DNA from: Myxococcales bacterium
GTDB lineage: Bacteria > Myxococcota_A > Polyangia > Palsa-1104
DNA: 64,000 bases
Reading direction: 5' to 3'
NCBI GenBank assembly: GCA_003170275.1
Contig: PNAM01000096.1
Location: 34,944-98,943 of the forward strand
Both the position numbers and the translations under genes were made by a program. Position 1 is the first letter of the stretch. Each line of letters begins with the position of its first letter. The notes beneath the pieces were generated by a model, which did no database searches, was not told the origin of the DNA, and saw only the letters and a program-made list of their open reading frames with translations. Below, piece by piece: positions 38,420-48,115 of this stretch.

Positions 38420-40405
38420 CTAACGGTACAGCAGCGGCAGCACGTGGCCGCTGGCTTCGCCGATCAGCAGGCGGCCGCCCGGGCCGAACGCGCAGCTGGT
38501 GGGCGGGCTGTCGAGGAGCCATTCGGCGAGCAGCGCGTCGCCCGGGAGGGTCCACACGCGCACGCTGCGATCTTCGGAGGCGGTGGCGAACCAGGCGGCG
38601 TCGGGCGCGACCGAGAGGGCGACCACCGCGCGTTCGTGGGCGCGCAACACTTTCAACGGTTCCGGCGTGCCGGGCTGCCACACGCGAATCGTTCCGTCGC
38701 TGGCACCGGCGAGCAGCGTGCCGTCGGGGCCGGCGGCGAGCGCGCGCACGATCGCGTCGCCGTCGTGCAGCGAGGCCGTGAGCTCGCCGCGCGCGTGATC
38801 GTAGAGGAGCACCGACGGGCCGCTCGCGACGGCCAGCCGCTCGCCGCCGAGCGCGAGCAGCGGGCCCTGAAACGCGACCTTGGTGGGCGCGTGCACCGTC
38901 GCGCGCTGGCCGCCCGAGTCGGCGGCCCAGGCGCGCACCGAGGTGCCGTCGGCGGTGAGCACGATCTGCCCGCCGTCGTCGACCGCGACCGAGCGGAACG
39001 CGGCGCCTTCGACCGCGCTGCGCCAGCGGTTGCGGCTGGTGAGCGTCTCGACGCGCTTGAGCACGCCGCGGTTGTCGGCGAGGCACACGGTCGCGCCGTC
39101 GGGGAGCAGCGCGGCACCGGTGACCGCGTGCTCGGCGCTCATGCGCCAGAAGGGGAGCTGGGTGGTGATGCACACGCCGGCGTCGAGGTCCCACACGCGC
39201 AGCATGCCGGCGCCGCACACCGAGACGCCGCGCTCGCCGTCGCGCGCGATCGCCACCAGCACGATCGGCTCGACGTGCGCCTGCGGATCGGCCGCGGGGG
39301 GCTCGACGTCGGGATCCCAGATGCGCACCATGCCGTCGTCGCCGCCGGTCACCAGGCGGCGGCCGTCGAAGCTGAAGGCGGCCGCGCGCACGGTGCCGGC
39401 GTGCCCGTCGAGCGAGTAGGACATGCGCTTGTGGCGCACGTTCCACATGTGGATGCGCTTCTCCGCGCCGAACGAGATCGCGCGCTGCCCGTCGGGGTGA
39501 AACAGCACGGTGTGCGCGGTCGAGGCGGTGCGTTCCATCTCCGCGCGCGCGCGCGAATAGCCGGGCTCGGTGGGCCGATCGCTGGTCTCGCCGGTCTTGC
39601 AGTCCCACGCGCCGAGCGTGCGGAAGCCGCACACCTCCAGCACGTGCTCGCCGTCGGAGTGCAGCACCAGCGCGCGCAGCTCGGGCGCGAGCTCCTGACG
39701 CTCGACCAGGAGCGCGCCGGTCTCCAGATCGCGCACCAGCGCGCGCTGCTCGTCGGCGACGATCACGCGGCGGCCGTCGGGGTGCAAGATCAGGTGCGCG
39801 ATGCGCGGCAGGCCGCTGGCCAGCTGCTTGACCCGCGTGCCGCGGTCGAGGTCCCAGATCTCGAGGTACGGCGACGCCGCCACGACGATCCGTTTGCCGT
39901 CGGGGTGCACGGCGAGCGCGCACACGAAGTGCCCGTCGGTCTGCCAGTGCTGGCGCGGGATGCCGGTGACCAGGTCCCACAGGCGCACGCTCGCGTCGCC
40001 GCCGCCCGAGAGGATCAGTTTGCGCAGATCGTGGATCGCCAGGGCGGTGACCGCGCCCTGGTGGCCGTCGAGCGTGCGCAGGCACGGCGAGGGCTCGGCG
40101 CGGCGTGGTCGCCCGACGCGGTGCAGCCAGCGGCGGTCGGGGTGCTCGGTGAGCCAGCGCTCGGCGGCGACGCTGGTCGGCGAGCCCTCGGCGTGCGCCA
40201 GCGCGTCCTGCAAGAGGGTGGCGCCGCCGCCGCGGGCGATGCGGTGCGCGTGGGCGGAGAGGAAGCGCCTCCAGCCGCCGTCGTCGTCGCTGCCGGAGCG
40301 GGAGGCCGCGCTCAACGCGCTGTGCACCGCGTCGGCGCGCGCGTTCGCATCGTCGCCGTCGAGCTGCGACAGCCCATCGAGCAGCTGGCGGAACGCGCGT
40401 TCCAT
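38420..40405 (-). CDS. WD40-repeat protein with short helical N-terminus
   Basis: Repeats GHQGAVTALA...SGGGDASVRLWD, GHAGTVRAAAFS...TGGDDGMVRIWD, AHERAVVALS; start 40405 (40429 is an alternative). Confidence 0.88.
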   Translation of the reverse strand: MERAFRQLLDGLSQLDGDDANARADAVHSALSAASRSGSDDDGGWRRFLSAHAHRIARGGGATLLQDALAHAEGSPTSVAAERWLTEHPDRRWLHRVGRPRRAEPSPCLRTLDGHQGAVTALAIHDLRKLILSGGGDASVRLWDLVTGIPRQHWQTDGHFVCALAVHPDGKRIVVAASPYLEIWDLDRGTRVKQLASGLPRIAHLILHPDGRRVIVADEQRALVRDLETGALLVERQELAPELRALVLHSDGEHVLEVCGFRTLGAWDCKTGETSDRPTEPGYSRARAEMERTASTAHTVLFHPDGQRAISFGAEKRIHMWNVRHKRMSYSLDGHAGTVRAAAFSFDGRRLVTGGDDGMVRIWDPDVEPPAADPQAHVEPIVLVAIARDGERGVSVCGAGMLRVWDLDAGVCITTQLPFWRMSAEHAVTGAALLPDGATVCLADNRGVLKRVETLTSRNRWRSAVEGAAFRSVAVDDGGQIVLTADGTSVRAWAADSGGQRATVHAPTKVAFQGPLLALGGERLAVASGPSVLLYDHARGELTASLHDGDAIVRALAAGPDGTLLAGASDGTIRVWQPGTPEPLKVLRAHERAVVALSVAPDAAWFATASEDRSVRVWTLPGDALLAEWLLDSPPTSCAFGPGGRLLIGEASGHVLPLLYR

Positions 40406-40434
40406 GGCCCCGGACGCAGTGTAGCCCATGCCGC

Positions 40435-40462
40435 TTGACAAAAGCGGAATGACGTGTCATTC
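40435..40462 (+). promoter_or_regulatory. TTGACA -35 box and palindromic TetR operator
   Basis: TTGACA at 40435-40440; GAATGAC-GT-GTCATTC with perfect 7-bp arms at 40447-40462, just upstream of the tetR ATG 40472 and in the divergent region shared with the WD40 gene. Confidence 0.72.
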
Positions 40463-40471
40463 ATTTACTCG

Positions 40472-41077
40472 ATGGCACGCGCGGATCTCATCGAACGGCG
40501 ACGGGAGGAGATCCTCGGCGCCGCCTATCGGCTGTTCGGCGAGAAGGGCTACCACGAGACCAACATCGCCGACATCGCCGCCGTGCTCGAGATCGGCCAC
40601 GGCACCTTCTACCGCTACTACCAGAACAAGCTCGACATCTTCATCCACGTCATCGACCTGGTGATCGAGAAGATCGGCGGGGTGGTGGCGTCGGAGGAGC
40701 CGCGCACCACCGAGACGCTCGACGAGTATCGTGCGCAGCTCCAGCGCATCGGCGAGCGGCTGTTCGACCTGTTCGTGTCCGATCGCCACCTCGCGCAGAT
40801 CTTGTTCTACGAGGCGCCGGGGATCGACCGTGCGCTCGACGAGAAGATCGAGCGCGCGCTCGACGTGTTCGGCTCGTTCACCGAGCAGTACCTGGTCAAC
40901 GGCAAGAAGAAGGGCTTTCTGCGCGGCGATCTGAACGCGCCGGTGACGGCGCTGGCGGTCAACGCGATGATCTTCGAAGGCGTGCGGCGCGTGCAGCGCG
41001 CGACGCACCCGAAGAAGGCCAAGGACGAATGGATTCGCGCCATCACGCGCTTGATGTTGGAAGGGCTGGCCGCCTGA
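40472..41077 (+). CDS. TetR/AcrR family transcriptional regulator
   Basis: RREEILGAAYRLFGEKGYHETNIADIA...GTFYRYYQNK HTH. Confidence 0.95.
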   Translation: MARADLIERRREEILGAAYRLFGEKGYHETNIADIAAVLEIGHGTFYRYYQNKLDIFIHVIDLVIEKIGGVVASEEPRTTETLDEYRAQLQRIGERLFDLFVSDRHLAQILFYEAPGIDRALDEKIERALDVFGSFTEQYLVNGKKKGFLRGDLNAPVTALAVNAMIFEGVRRVQRATHPKKAKDEWIRAITRLMLEGLAA

Positions 41078-41087
41078 GGAGGTGAAC

Positions 41088-41897
41088 ATGGTCCAGGTCG
41101 ATGTGTTCTGGTCGTACGGTCTCGGCTCCAGCTTCGCGGTCGCGGCCTCGCGGCAGCTCCTGCAGGCGCGCAAGCAGGGCAAGCCCAGCCTGCTCGAGAG
41201 CCCGTTCTTCACGCGCGCACTGTTGTTCCTGTCGGTGATCTTCGTGCCGTCGGGCGCCTGCCTGTTGTGGGCGTTCCCCAGCTGGGAAACCATGCACGTG
41301 GGTGGGCGCGGGATGCCGGCGTGGCTGGTGACCGCGTTCGTGGTCACCAACCTGACGCAAGGCGTGCTCGGCTTCGCGGTCTCGAGCTGGCAGTTGGCGC
41401 GCAACCGCCGCTACCTGTCGTACCTGCAGTGGTACGCGGCCTACTTCTGCATGTTCTTCATCCTGGTGCACGGCTGGGACGGCTCGGGCTACCGCCGCTT
41501 CTTCTCGTCGACGGCCGAGGCGTTCGCCGCCTGGCAGCCGGCCAACGTGCGCGCGTGGTTCTCCTCCGACGTCGCGATCACGCTGTACCTCATGGGCGTG
41601 GTGCTGGTGCCGCTGCTCTTGTACTGGCTCTCGACCTGGCTGCGCGACGGTCAGTTGATCGAGGATCAGGGCGCGCGCCCGCGCAGCCGGATCGCGCTCG
41701 CGCTGTACAGCCTCGGCGTGGTGTTCGTGGGCGGGCTCGGCAGCGCCGTCCTGGCCAGCGTGCTCGTCCGCTATCTCGGTTGGCTCGGCGGCGCGGCGGC
41801 CTTCGCGGTGCTGCTCGCGCTCATAGGCCTGCGCAAGGGCGGCGTGCTGCACTTCTTCTACGATCGTTTGCTCGCGTGGCCGCGCGCCGCTACTTGA
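41088..41897 (+). CDS. Conserved-type hypothetical polytopic membrane protein
   Basis: AGGAGGTG SD; MVQVDVFWSYGLG, FPSWETMHV, FFILVHGWDGSGYRRF; about 7 TM segments. Confidence 0.85.
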   Translation: MVQVDVFWSYGLGSSFAVAASRQLLQARKQGKPSLLESPFFTRALLFLSVIFVPSGACLLWAFPSWETMHVGGRGMPAWLVTAFVVTNLTQGVLGFAVSSWQLARNRRYLSYLQWYAAYFCMFFILVHGWDGSGYRRFFSSTAEAFAAWQPANVRAWFSSDVAITLYLMGVVLVPLLLYWLSTWLRDGQLIEDQGARPRSRIALALYSLGVVFVGGLGSAVLASVLVRYLGWLGGAAAFAVLLALIGLRKGGVLHFFYDRLLAWPRAAT

Positions 41898-44800
41898 CCT
41901 CGGAGCAGCCGATGTCGGGAGCGGCGCCGAGCGTGCGCGGCATGGCTGAGACGTCGAGGGTGATGTCGGTGCCGTCGTTGCGCTTGCCGGTCGAGCCGGC
42001 ATCGACGCACTTGGACGCCGGATCGAGGTGGTAGTCGGGCTGCTGGACGGTCAAGAGCTGGCAGCCCGTCGAGCCCATCGCGTCGGCGATGTTGCCGGTG
42101 CCGGTGGCTGCGGCGCTCGTGACCAGGTCGGTGCCCAGGGTCGCGCCGCTGGCGAACCAGAAGTAGTCGTCGGAAAACTTCAGCGAGCCGATCGTGCTGT
42201 TGCCCGAGTAGACGGCGTAGTGCTGCGTCGGGCTGCGTCCGCCGCCGATGATGCACGACTGAATGGTGCCGGTCGCCGAGGCATCGGTCACGAACAACCC
42301 CTCGGTGGTGCCGCTCACCGCTGAGCCCGCCGCGTCGAACGTGTCGCCGATCGCGCGAATGACCGCCAGGTTGGCCAGGCTCATGGCCTGCGTGTAGTTG
42401 TTGCCATGTCCGGCGTACACGAAGCTCTGGTACAGCTCGAGCTGCGAGTTGGCCACCACCACGCCCTGCCCGATGTAGCTCTCGCCGAGGAGGAACTGCG
42501 AGCGCTCGGCGCGCGCCGTCGAAGCGCTCAAGGCCAGGCCGTAGAGGTAGGCGCTGCCGGTCTGGCCGAGCAGGGAGAAGCTCGAGTCGTTGATCACCAC
42601 CGAGGCCAGGTTCGAGAAGTTGGCGTTGGTGACACTCACGCCGTAGCCGTTGTTGATGACCTTGTCGTTGGCGAAGGAGCTGTTCTTGATGGTCACCGGG
42701 CCGGTGGTGATCGCCAGGTTCCCTGCGCCGCCGATGTTCACGTGCGTGAGGTAGCTGGCCGTGCCGTGGTCGGCGGTGTGCTTGTCGACGGTGACCAGGC
42801 CGCGCGGACCGATGATGTTGATCCCGGTGACGCTCGCGCTGGGGAGCACCGGATAGTGCACGGTGTTCATGGACAGGGTGGCCACCGAGTCCTCGATGTG
42901 GAAGGCCTCGAGCGCCTGCCCGGTCGCGTTGTTGATGGCCGTGCCGTCGATCAGGTTGTTGCTCACGACCAGGTTGCTGACGCTCATGGCGTAGATGCCC
43001 TGCCAGTATCCGGCGCCGAAGAGCATCTGGCTGTTGCTGATCGTGACGGTCCCCACGGTCGGGCCGGTCACTTCGATGGTGCGCCCGATGCTCACCGCGT
43101 TGTTGTTGGTGAACACGTCGGCCTGCGTGCCGTCGATCAGCAGATCTCCGACCGTGCCGGCGACGTCCACCACCGCCCAGCGGAATTGGCTGATGGGACC
43201 GGCCTTGGCGCGCAGGATCTTGCCGGAGGTGCCGGAGAGCGTGAGCAGAAACATGGTCTCCGCCTGGCTGGCGATCAGGCCGGGCGTGGAGAGATCCTCG
43301 ATGTCGACGTTGGCGCAGCTGGCGCACGCGACCCCATCGTGCCGGACGGCGCCGTTGTAGGGGGCGAAGTTGGGGTACACGATCATGACGTTGAACAGCG
43401 ACAGCCCGGGCGCGTTGCCCGCGTCGAGGAGATTGTAGACGTTGTTCACGTCGGTGGATTGCAGCGTGACGTTGCGCATCGTCACGCCCGAGAGCGGCGT
43501 GACCGGCGTGCCGGGGATCTGCAGCACGCCTCCTGAGGCCGTATTCTCGATCGTCGAGCGCTGGCTGTCGTCGCGAATCCAGCGGTTGCCGCAGGTGGTG
43601 ACGTAGCCGCCTAAGAGCTTGACGCCCGACGCGGTGATCGCCTGCGCCGCCGTCGTGGTGAGCGTGTCACCCGCTTTCACTGCGACCACGCCGTTGGCCG
43701 GCACCGCGCCGAGCTTGGTGAGATCGCTCGAGGCGTTGTTGGGGTTCGATCCCGAGCCGTTGCCGGTGGACGCCGCCGCCAGGTACAAGGTGGGCGTCAG
43801 GTCCTGCACGCACACGCCGCCGGTGCACGCCTCGCCGGTGCGGCAGTCGCACGCGGTCGCGCAGGTGTACTGGCCCATCCCGTTGGGATTGGTCGGGCGC
43901 GCCACGCACTGGCCCATCCCGCCGGCGATCACGCATAGCTCCGTCGGCGGGCAGTCGGCGTCGAGCGCGCAGGCGCCCGACGGTACGCAGGTGCCGGCGT
44001 TGCAAGCGGTGAACGGCTTCGACGCGCAATCCGGCGTGGTGATGCACTCGGGGATGCAGAACCCGTTCGGATCGCACTTCATCCCCGCGACGCACGGGCG
44101 CGATCCGTCGCAAACGGTGCGGCAGATGCTCATCGCGCAGGCCTGCCCGTTCATGCACATGCCGCTGCACGGCAACACGCAGGTGTGCGTGGCGGGATCG
44201 CAGGTGCGCGTGCCGGTGCAGTCGCCGTCGGTCACGCACTGCGGGCGGCAGCTGCCGTTGTCGCAGTAGTCGTTGTTGGTGCAGTCGGCGGTCGAGCGGC
44301 ACTGCTGGCACGCGCTCGCCACGCAGAACGGCGCTCCGGTCGGGCAGCTCGCCGCCGTGGAGCACTGCGGCTCGCAGTGGTTCAGCACGCACGCGAAGTT
44401 GGGCCCACAGTCGCCGGAGAGCAGGCACTCGACGCAACGGTTGAGCCCGCCGCACTTCTCCGTGCCGGGGCAGGTGTGCGCGCCGTCGCAGTCGACGCAC
44501 TTGCCGACCGTGATGTCGCACACGCGATCGCCGCACTGCGACGAGTCGATGCAGTCGACACACTGGCCGAACTGGCAGATCTTGCCGGTGCCGCACTCCT
44601 GGTTGTCCTTGCAGAAGCGGCAGGCGTCGCCGATGCCGTTGCCCACCGCGTCGGCCTGGTCGGGGTTCGGCGCGGTCGGGCAGTCGTCGCACACGTCGCC
44701 CACGCCGTCGCCGTCCGAGTCCTTCTGGTCGGGGTTGGCCTTGGTCGGGCAGTTGTCCTCGAAGTCGAGCTTGCCATCGCCGTCGGTGTCGGGCGTGTCG

Positions 44801-45843
44801 TTCTTGTGGTCGATGCCGGCGCCGCCCATGGAGCGCAGGTCACCGCGATCGCCGACGCCGTCGCCGTCGGTGTCCTTGGTCTCCGACGGGTCGAAGGGGA
44901 ACGCGTCCATCGCGTTCGGCACGCCGTCGCCGTCGATGTCCGGATCCGTGTCGTCCGGCACGCCGTCGCCGTCGAGGTCCTGGTGCTGCGGGCTCACCGC
45001 CAGCGTCGACGACAGCTGCAGATCGCTCGCGCCGCGCACCACCACCGACGGGATCACCGCGGTGATCGGGTTTTGCCCATCGCGGGCGCGTACGATGTAG
45101 GTCCCCGCCTTGGCGCTCAGCTTGAAGGTGCCGTCGGCGGCGCTGGTCGCGTGATCCACCGTCGTGCCGTTGAGCGACTCCACCAGCTCGACCAGGATGC
45201 CCGCCTGATCGCCGCCGAGCGCGTCGGTGCGCATGGTCCGGCCGGTGACCGCGACCACGTTCGGCGCGATGTTCATCAGGTCGAGATCCGCGCCGATGGT
45301 CACCTTGCCCGGCAGCACGTTCACGTCCTTGCGGATCACCGTGCCCGCGTCGGTGATCAGCACCACCTCGTGCAGGCCCGGCGAGACCGAGTCGAGGAGA
45401 AACCCGCCGTTGGCGTTGGGCGCGGTGACCGCCCCGACCTCCGGCACGGCGATGATCGCCAGGGAGACGTCCATCCCGCCCACGTTCAAAAGGTGCCCGC
45501 CGATCGAGCCCGGCTTGGCCAGGGTCAGCGCGCCCAGGTCGCTCACCTGTCCCGAGTTGGAGCCCGCCGCCACGCGCTTGGCCGGCAGCGCGGTCGCCGC
45601 CCCGTCGGTGACGATGCGCAGGTCCCAGCGCCCGGGTGGAACCCTCCGGACGTCGAAGGTGCCGGTCTCGTCGCACTGCGCCCCGAGCGGCGTGCCCTCG
45701 AGCAGCACCTGACACGACGACGCCGGCGCATCCGTCGAGATCTCGACGCGTCCGATGATCTCGCCCGGCTCGGGCGCTACCGTCTTGGTCGCACTGTTGC
45801 AGCCCGCCACCGCGACCAACACGAGCACCTGGTAAAATCGCAT
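41890..45843 (-). CDS. Large multidomain lipoprotein: carboxypeptidase-regulatory-like Ig domains, TSP3 Ca-binding repeats, Cys-rich repeats, right-handed beta-helix, choice-of-anchor-Q-like tail
   Basis: VAVAG-C lipobox; DLDGDGVPD..D, DNCPTKANPDQKDSDGDGVGDVCD; about 8 C-x3-(D/E)C repeats; beta-helix-like stretch; DYHLDPASKCVDAG...PDIGCSE. Confidence 0.87.
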   Translation of the reverse strand: MRFYQVLVLVAVAGCNSATKTVAPEPGEIIGRVEISTDAPASSCQVLLEGTPLGAQCDETGTFDVRRVPPGRWDLRIVTDGAATALPAKRVAAGSNSGQVSDLGALTLAKPGSIGGHLLNVGGMDVSLAIIAVPEVGAVTAPNANGGFLLDSVSPGLHEVVLITDAGTVIRKDVNVLPGKVTIGADLDLMNIAPNVVAVTGRTMRTDALGGDQAGILVELVESLNGTTVDHATSAADGTFKLSAKAGTYIVRARDGQNPITAVIPSVVVRGASDLQLSSTLAVSPQHQDLDGDGVPDDTDPDIDGDGVPNAMDAFPFDPSETKDTDGDGVGDRGDLRSMGGAGIDHKNDTPDTDGDGKLDFEDNCPTKANPDQKDSDGDGVGDVCDDCPTAPNPDQADAVGNGIGDACRFCKDNQECGTGKICQFGQCVDCIDSSQCGDRVCDITVGKCVDCDGAHTCPGTEKCGGLNRCVECLLSGDCGPNFACVLNHCEPQCSTAASCPTGAPFCVASACQQCRSTADCTNNDYCDNGSCRPQCVTDGDCTGTRTCDPATHTCVLPCSGMCMNGQACAMSICRTVCDGSRPCVAGMKCDPNGFCIPECITTPDCASKPFTACNAGTCVPSGACALDADCPPTELCVIAGGMGQCVARPTNPNGMGQYTCATACDCRTGEACTGGVCVQDLTPTLYLAAASTGNGSGSNPNNASSDLTKLGAVPANGVVAVKAGDTLTTTAAQAITASGVKLLGGYVTTCGNRWIRDDSQRSTIENTASGGVLQIPGTPVTPLSGVTMRNVTLQSTDVNNVYNLLDAGNAPGLSLFNVMIVYPNFAPYNGAVRHDGVACASCANVDIEDLSTPGLIASQAETMFLLTLSGTSGKILRAKAGPISQFRWAVVDVAGTVGDLLIDGTQADVFTNNNAVSIGRTIEVTGPTVGTVTISNSQMLFGAGYWQGIYAMSVSNLVVSNNLIDGTAINNATGQALEAFHIEDSVATLSMNTVHYPVLPSASVTGINIIGPRGLVTVDKHTADHGTASYLTHVNIGGAGNLAITTGPVTIKNSSFANDKVINNGYGVSVTNANFSNLASVVINDSSFSLLGQTGSAYLYGLALSASTARAERSQFLLGESYIGQGVVVANSQLELYQSFVYAGHGNNYTQAMSLANLAVIRAIGDTFDAAGSAVSGTTEGLFVTDASATGTIQSCIIGGGRSPTQHYAVYSGNSTIGSLKFSDDYFWFASGATLGTDLVTSAAATGTGNIADAMGSTGCQLLTVQQPDYHLDPASKCVDAGSTGKRNDGTDITLDVSAMPRTLGAAPDIGCSEVK

Positions 45844-45886
45844 CCGACCCCCCGTGCCTCATTTTAGCGCGAGGAGGCGCCCGTGA

Positions 45887-46864
45887 CTAGGCGAGTGCGC
45901 GATCGGCGATCATGGCGCCGCGGGTCCAGACCGCCAGGATCGCGCGGTGCCAGGCGGGAGCGTTGGCGACGCCACCGGGCGGATGGATGAAGTCGACGAT
46001 GTTGGGGCCGAAGCCCTTGCCCGGATCGAGCAGGCCGCGCACGGCGTCGCGGCGCCGACGGGTGCCGCCGGTGGCCATCATCTCGGCGACGATGTCGCTC
46101 TGCAGCTTGATGGTGTGCTTGGCCAGGTTGCGCGGCTCCATGCCGAGCGCGCGGAAGTCCTCGCGCAGGGTCAGCCCGCCCGTCATCAGGAAGCCCACGC
46201 AGCGCAGCTGAAACGCGGCGACCTCCAACGACTCACGACGGTTGAGCGTCTTGAGCAGGCGCGGCAGGTACATCACGCCGAGCCCCACGTGGCGCGCCTC
46301 GTCGGTTTCGTAGTAGGGGAGCAGCTCCTCGAGCACCGGCTCGAGCTTGGCCTCGACCAGCCCGCGGAACAGCGACAGCGCGTTCGACTCGACCAGGAGC
46401 TGCATGCCGACCAGCTTGTGCACCAGCGAGTCGGTCTCGAGGATCTTGAGGAGCAGGCGCCGCGCGATCCCGCCCAGGTGCGGCACCGGCTCGCCGAGCG
46501 CGCGCAGGTAGTCGCGCAGCACGTAGAAATGGCGCGCCTCGTCGTGCGCTTGCGAGGTGGCGGCCAGCTTGGCCTCGACGTCGTCGATGCGCTCGGCCAG
46601 ATCGGCCGAGATCGCCCACGCCGCCAGCTCGCCCCACAACAAGATCGACAAGATCTTGAGCGCCGCTTCCTTGCGCGTCGGGTCGAGCTTGGGCTTGCCG
46701 TGCTTGGCGATCAGGTCGGCGAGCACCTTTTTGCCGTCCCAGATGTTGTTCTGGCCGATGTGGTAGAGGCGCTCGAGCTTGTCGAGCCGATCCTCGGCGC
46801 GCTGCGCGATGTTTTCCTCGACCATCCGATAGGGAGGCCACGAAGCCTTCTTCTTGAACAACAT
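45887..46864 (-). CDS. Ferritin-like di-iron protein (AurF/para-aminobenzoate N-oxygenase-like fold)
   Basis: WGELAAW...DEARHF...VESNA...DEARHV (E...ExxH twice); TGATG coupling to tetR. Confidence 0.85.
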   Translation of the reverse strand: MLFKKKASWPPYRMVEENIAQRAEDRLDKLERLYHIGQNNIWDGKKVLADLIAKHGKPKLDPTRKEAALKILSILLWGELAAWAISADLAERIDDVEAKLAATSQAHDEARHFYVLRDYLRALGEPVPHLGGIARRLLLKILETDSLVHKLVGMQLLVESNALSLFRGLVEAKLEPVLEELLPYYETDEARHVGLGVMYLPRLLKTLNRRESLEVAAFQLRCVGFLMTGGLTLREDFRALGMEPRNLAKHTIKLQSDIVAEMMATGGTRRRRDAVRGLLDPGKGFGPNIVDFIHPPGGVANAPAWHRAILAVWTRGAMIADRALA

Positions 46865-47529
46865 CAGCGCACCTCTTTTCGAACTTGTGGATGGAGCAGC
46901 CCGAACAGCTCGAGCTGCACCGCAACCTGAACGATCTCGTCGAGGTCGATCTTCTCGTCGCCGGCGAGCGCCGTGAGCACCATCTTCTCGACGCCGCCGA
47001 GGATGTAGCGCGCCATCAACCGCGCGTCGCCCGAGCGCAGCACGCCGGCCTTCTGCGCGGCGCGCAGATCGGTCTCCAGCGCCGCGAACAGCAGCTCGTC
47101 GATGGTCGCGATCACCCTGTCGACCGTGCCGTCGAGCCCGCGCGCCTCGCGCAGGATCAGGCGCAGCGCCGATTCGTCGACGAACACCGCGTCGAGCAGC
47201 GCGCGCAGGCGCGTCTGGCAGAACTCGACGATCATCTCCACCGGCGCGTGGCGCGCATGGCTGATCGACGCCACCTTGGGCCGATTCTCGAGCACCCGCT
47301 TGACGCGAGCGGCGAGCTCCTCCATGACCGCCAGCAGCACCGCCTGCTTGTTCTCGAAGTACTGGTACAAGGTGCCGCGGCCGATGCGCGCCGCCGCGCA
47401 GATGTCGGCCACGTTGGCGACGCGATAGCCGCGCTGCGCGAACACGCCCTTGGCCACGTCGAGGATCTGCGCGCGGCGATCGTCCGCCTTCAGGTACGTG
47501 CGGCGGCGTGCCGGCTTCGGAACTGACAT
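46864..47529 (-). CDS. TetR/AcrR family transcriptional regulator
   Basis: RRAQILDVAKGVFAQRGYRVANVADIC...GRGTLYQYFENK; start at ATG 47529. Confidence 0.95.
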   Translation of the reverse strand: MSVPKPARRRTYLKADDRRAQILDVAKGVFAQRGYRVANVADICAAARIGRGTLYQYFENKQAVLLAVMEELAARVKRVLENRPKVASISHARHAPVEMIVEFCQTRLRALLDAVFVDESALRLILREARGLDGTVDRVIATIDELLFAALETDLRAAQKAGVLRSGDARLMARYILGGVEKMVLTALAGDEKIDLDEIVQVAVQLELFGLLHPQVRKEVR

Positions 47530-47567
47530 GTCAGTTCTAATACCAAGAACTGACACTGGTGTCAATT
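47520..47567 (-). promoter_or_regulatory. sigma70-type promoter with two TetR operators
   Basis: Perfect 18-bp palindrome GAACTGACATGTCAGTTC (47520-47537) spanning the ATG; near-perfect AACTGACACTGGTGTCAATT (47548-47567); minus strand TTGACA-17 bp-TATTAG-7 nt-ATG. Confidence 0.8.
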
Positions 47568-47591
47568 GTCATCGCATCCCCGTCGAGCAGG

Positions 47592-47984
47592 TCAGGGATT
47601 CGAGACGCGCAGCAGGCCGTTGAGCTTGTTCGAGGCGCGCCCTTGCAGGTCGATGATCCACACGTTGAAGTGCCAGTTGCCCGGCTCGTCGGGCGTGAAC
47701 ATGAGGGTGTAGTTGACCATCCCCACCACGCCCATGCCCACGTTCATGATCGGCGTGGGCGACGACACGGTGCTCACGTTCTCGGGCGTGAGCAGCTCGA
47801 TCTGGCTCTGGCTGATGTCGTTGTCCTGGTCGGTGTAGTCGACCATGCCGTTGATGGTGCTGGGCATGCCGACGATGGCGGCGTTGGGCGAATACTGAAG
47901 GTTGCGGATGGAGGGCGGGTCGTCCGCGCAACCGCTCGCCAGGGGGAGCAGCGCCAGCAAGATTCCCACCCGGGAGAGGCTCAT
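47592..47984 (-). CDS. Small lipoprotein (Ig-like)
   Basis: LLPLASG-C lipobox; DYTDQDNDI; WIIDLQGRASN; TAGAAT box 7 nt upstream. Confidence 0.8.
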   Translation of the reverse strand: MSLSRVGILLALLPLASGCADDPPSIRNLQYSPNAAIVGMPSTINGMVDYTDQDNDISQSQIELLTPENVSTVSSPTPIMNVGMGVVGMVNYTLMFTPDEPGNWHFNVWIIDLQGRASNKLNGLLRVSNP

Positions 47985-48071
47985 CGCCGCGATTCTATCA
48001 GGTGGGAAGAACTTTTCCTCAGTTGCCCCACGGAGGGGTGATCGTCACCGAGCTTGGCCGCGCTTTGGCCG

Positions 48072-48087
48072 TGGCACGCGGCCTGCT
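48072..48087 (+). promoter_or_regulatory. sigma54 (-24/-12) promoter
   Basis: TGGCACG-CGGC-CTGCT, near-consensus GG-N10-GC, 28 nt before ATG 48116. Confidence 0.7.
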
Positions 48088-48115
48088 TTGTCCTCACCTC
48101 AACGAGGTGCCGACC

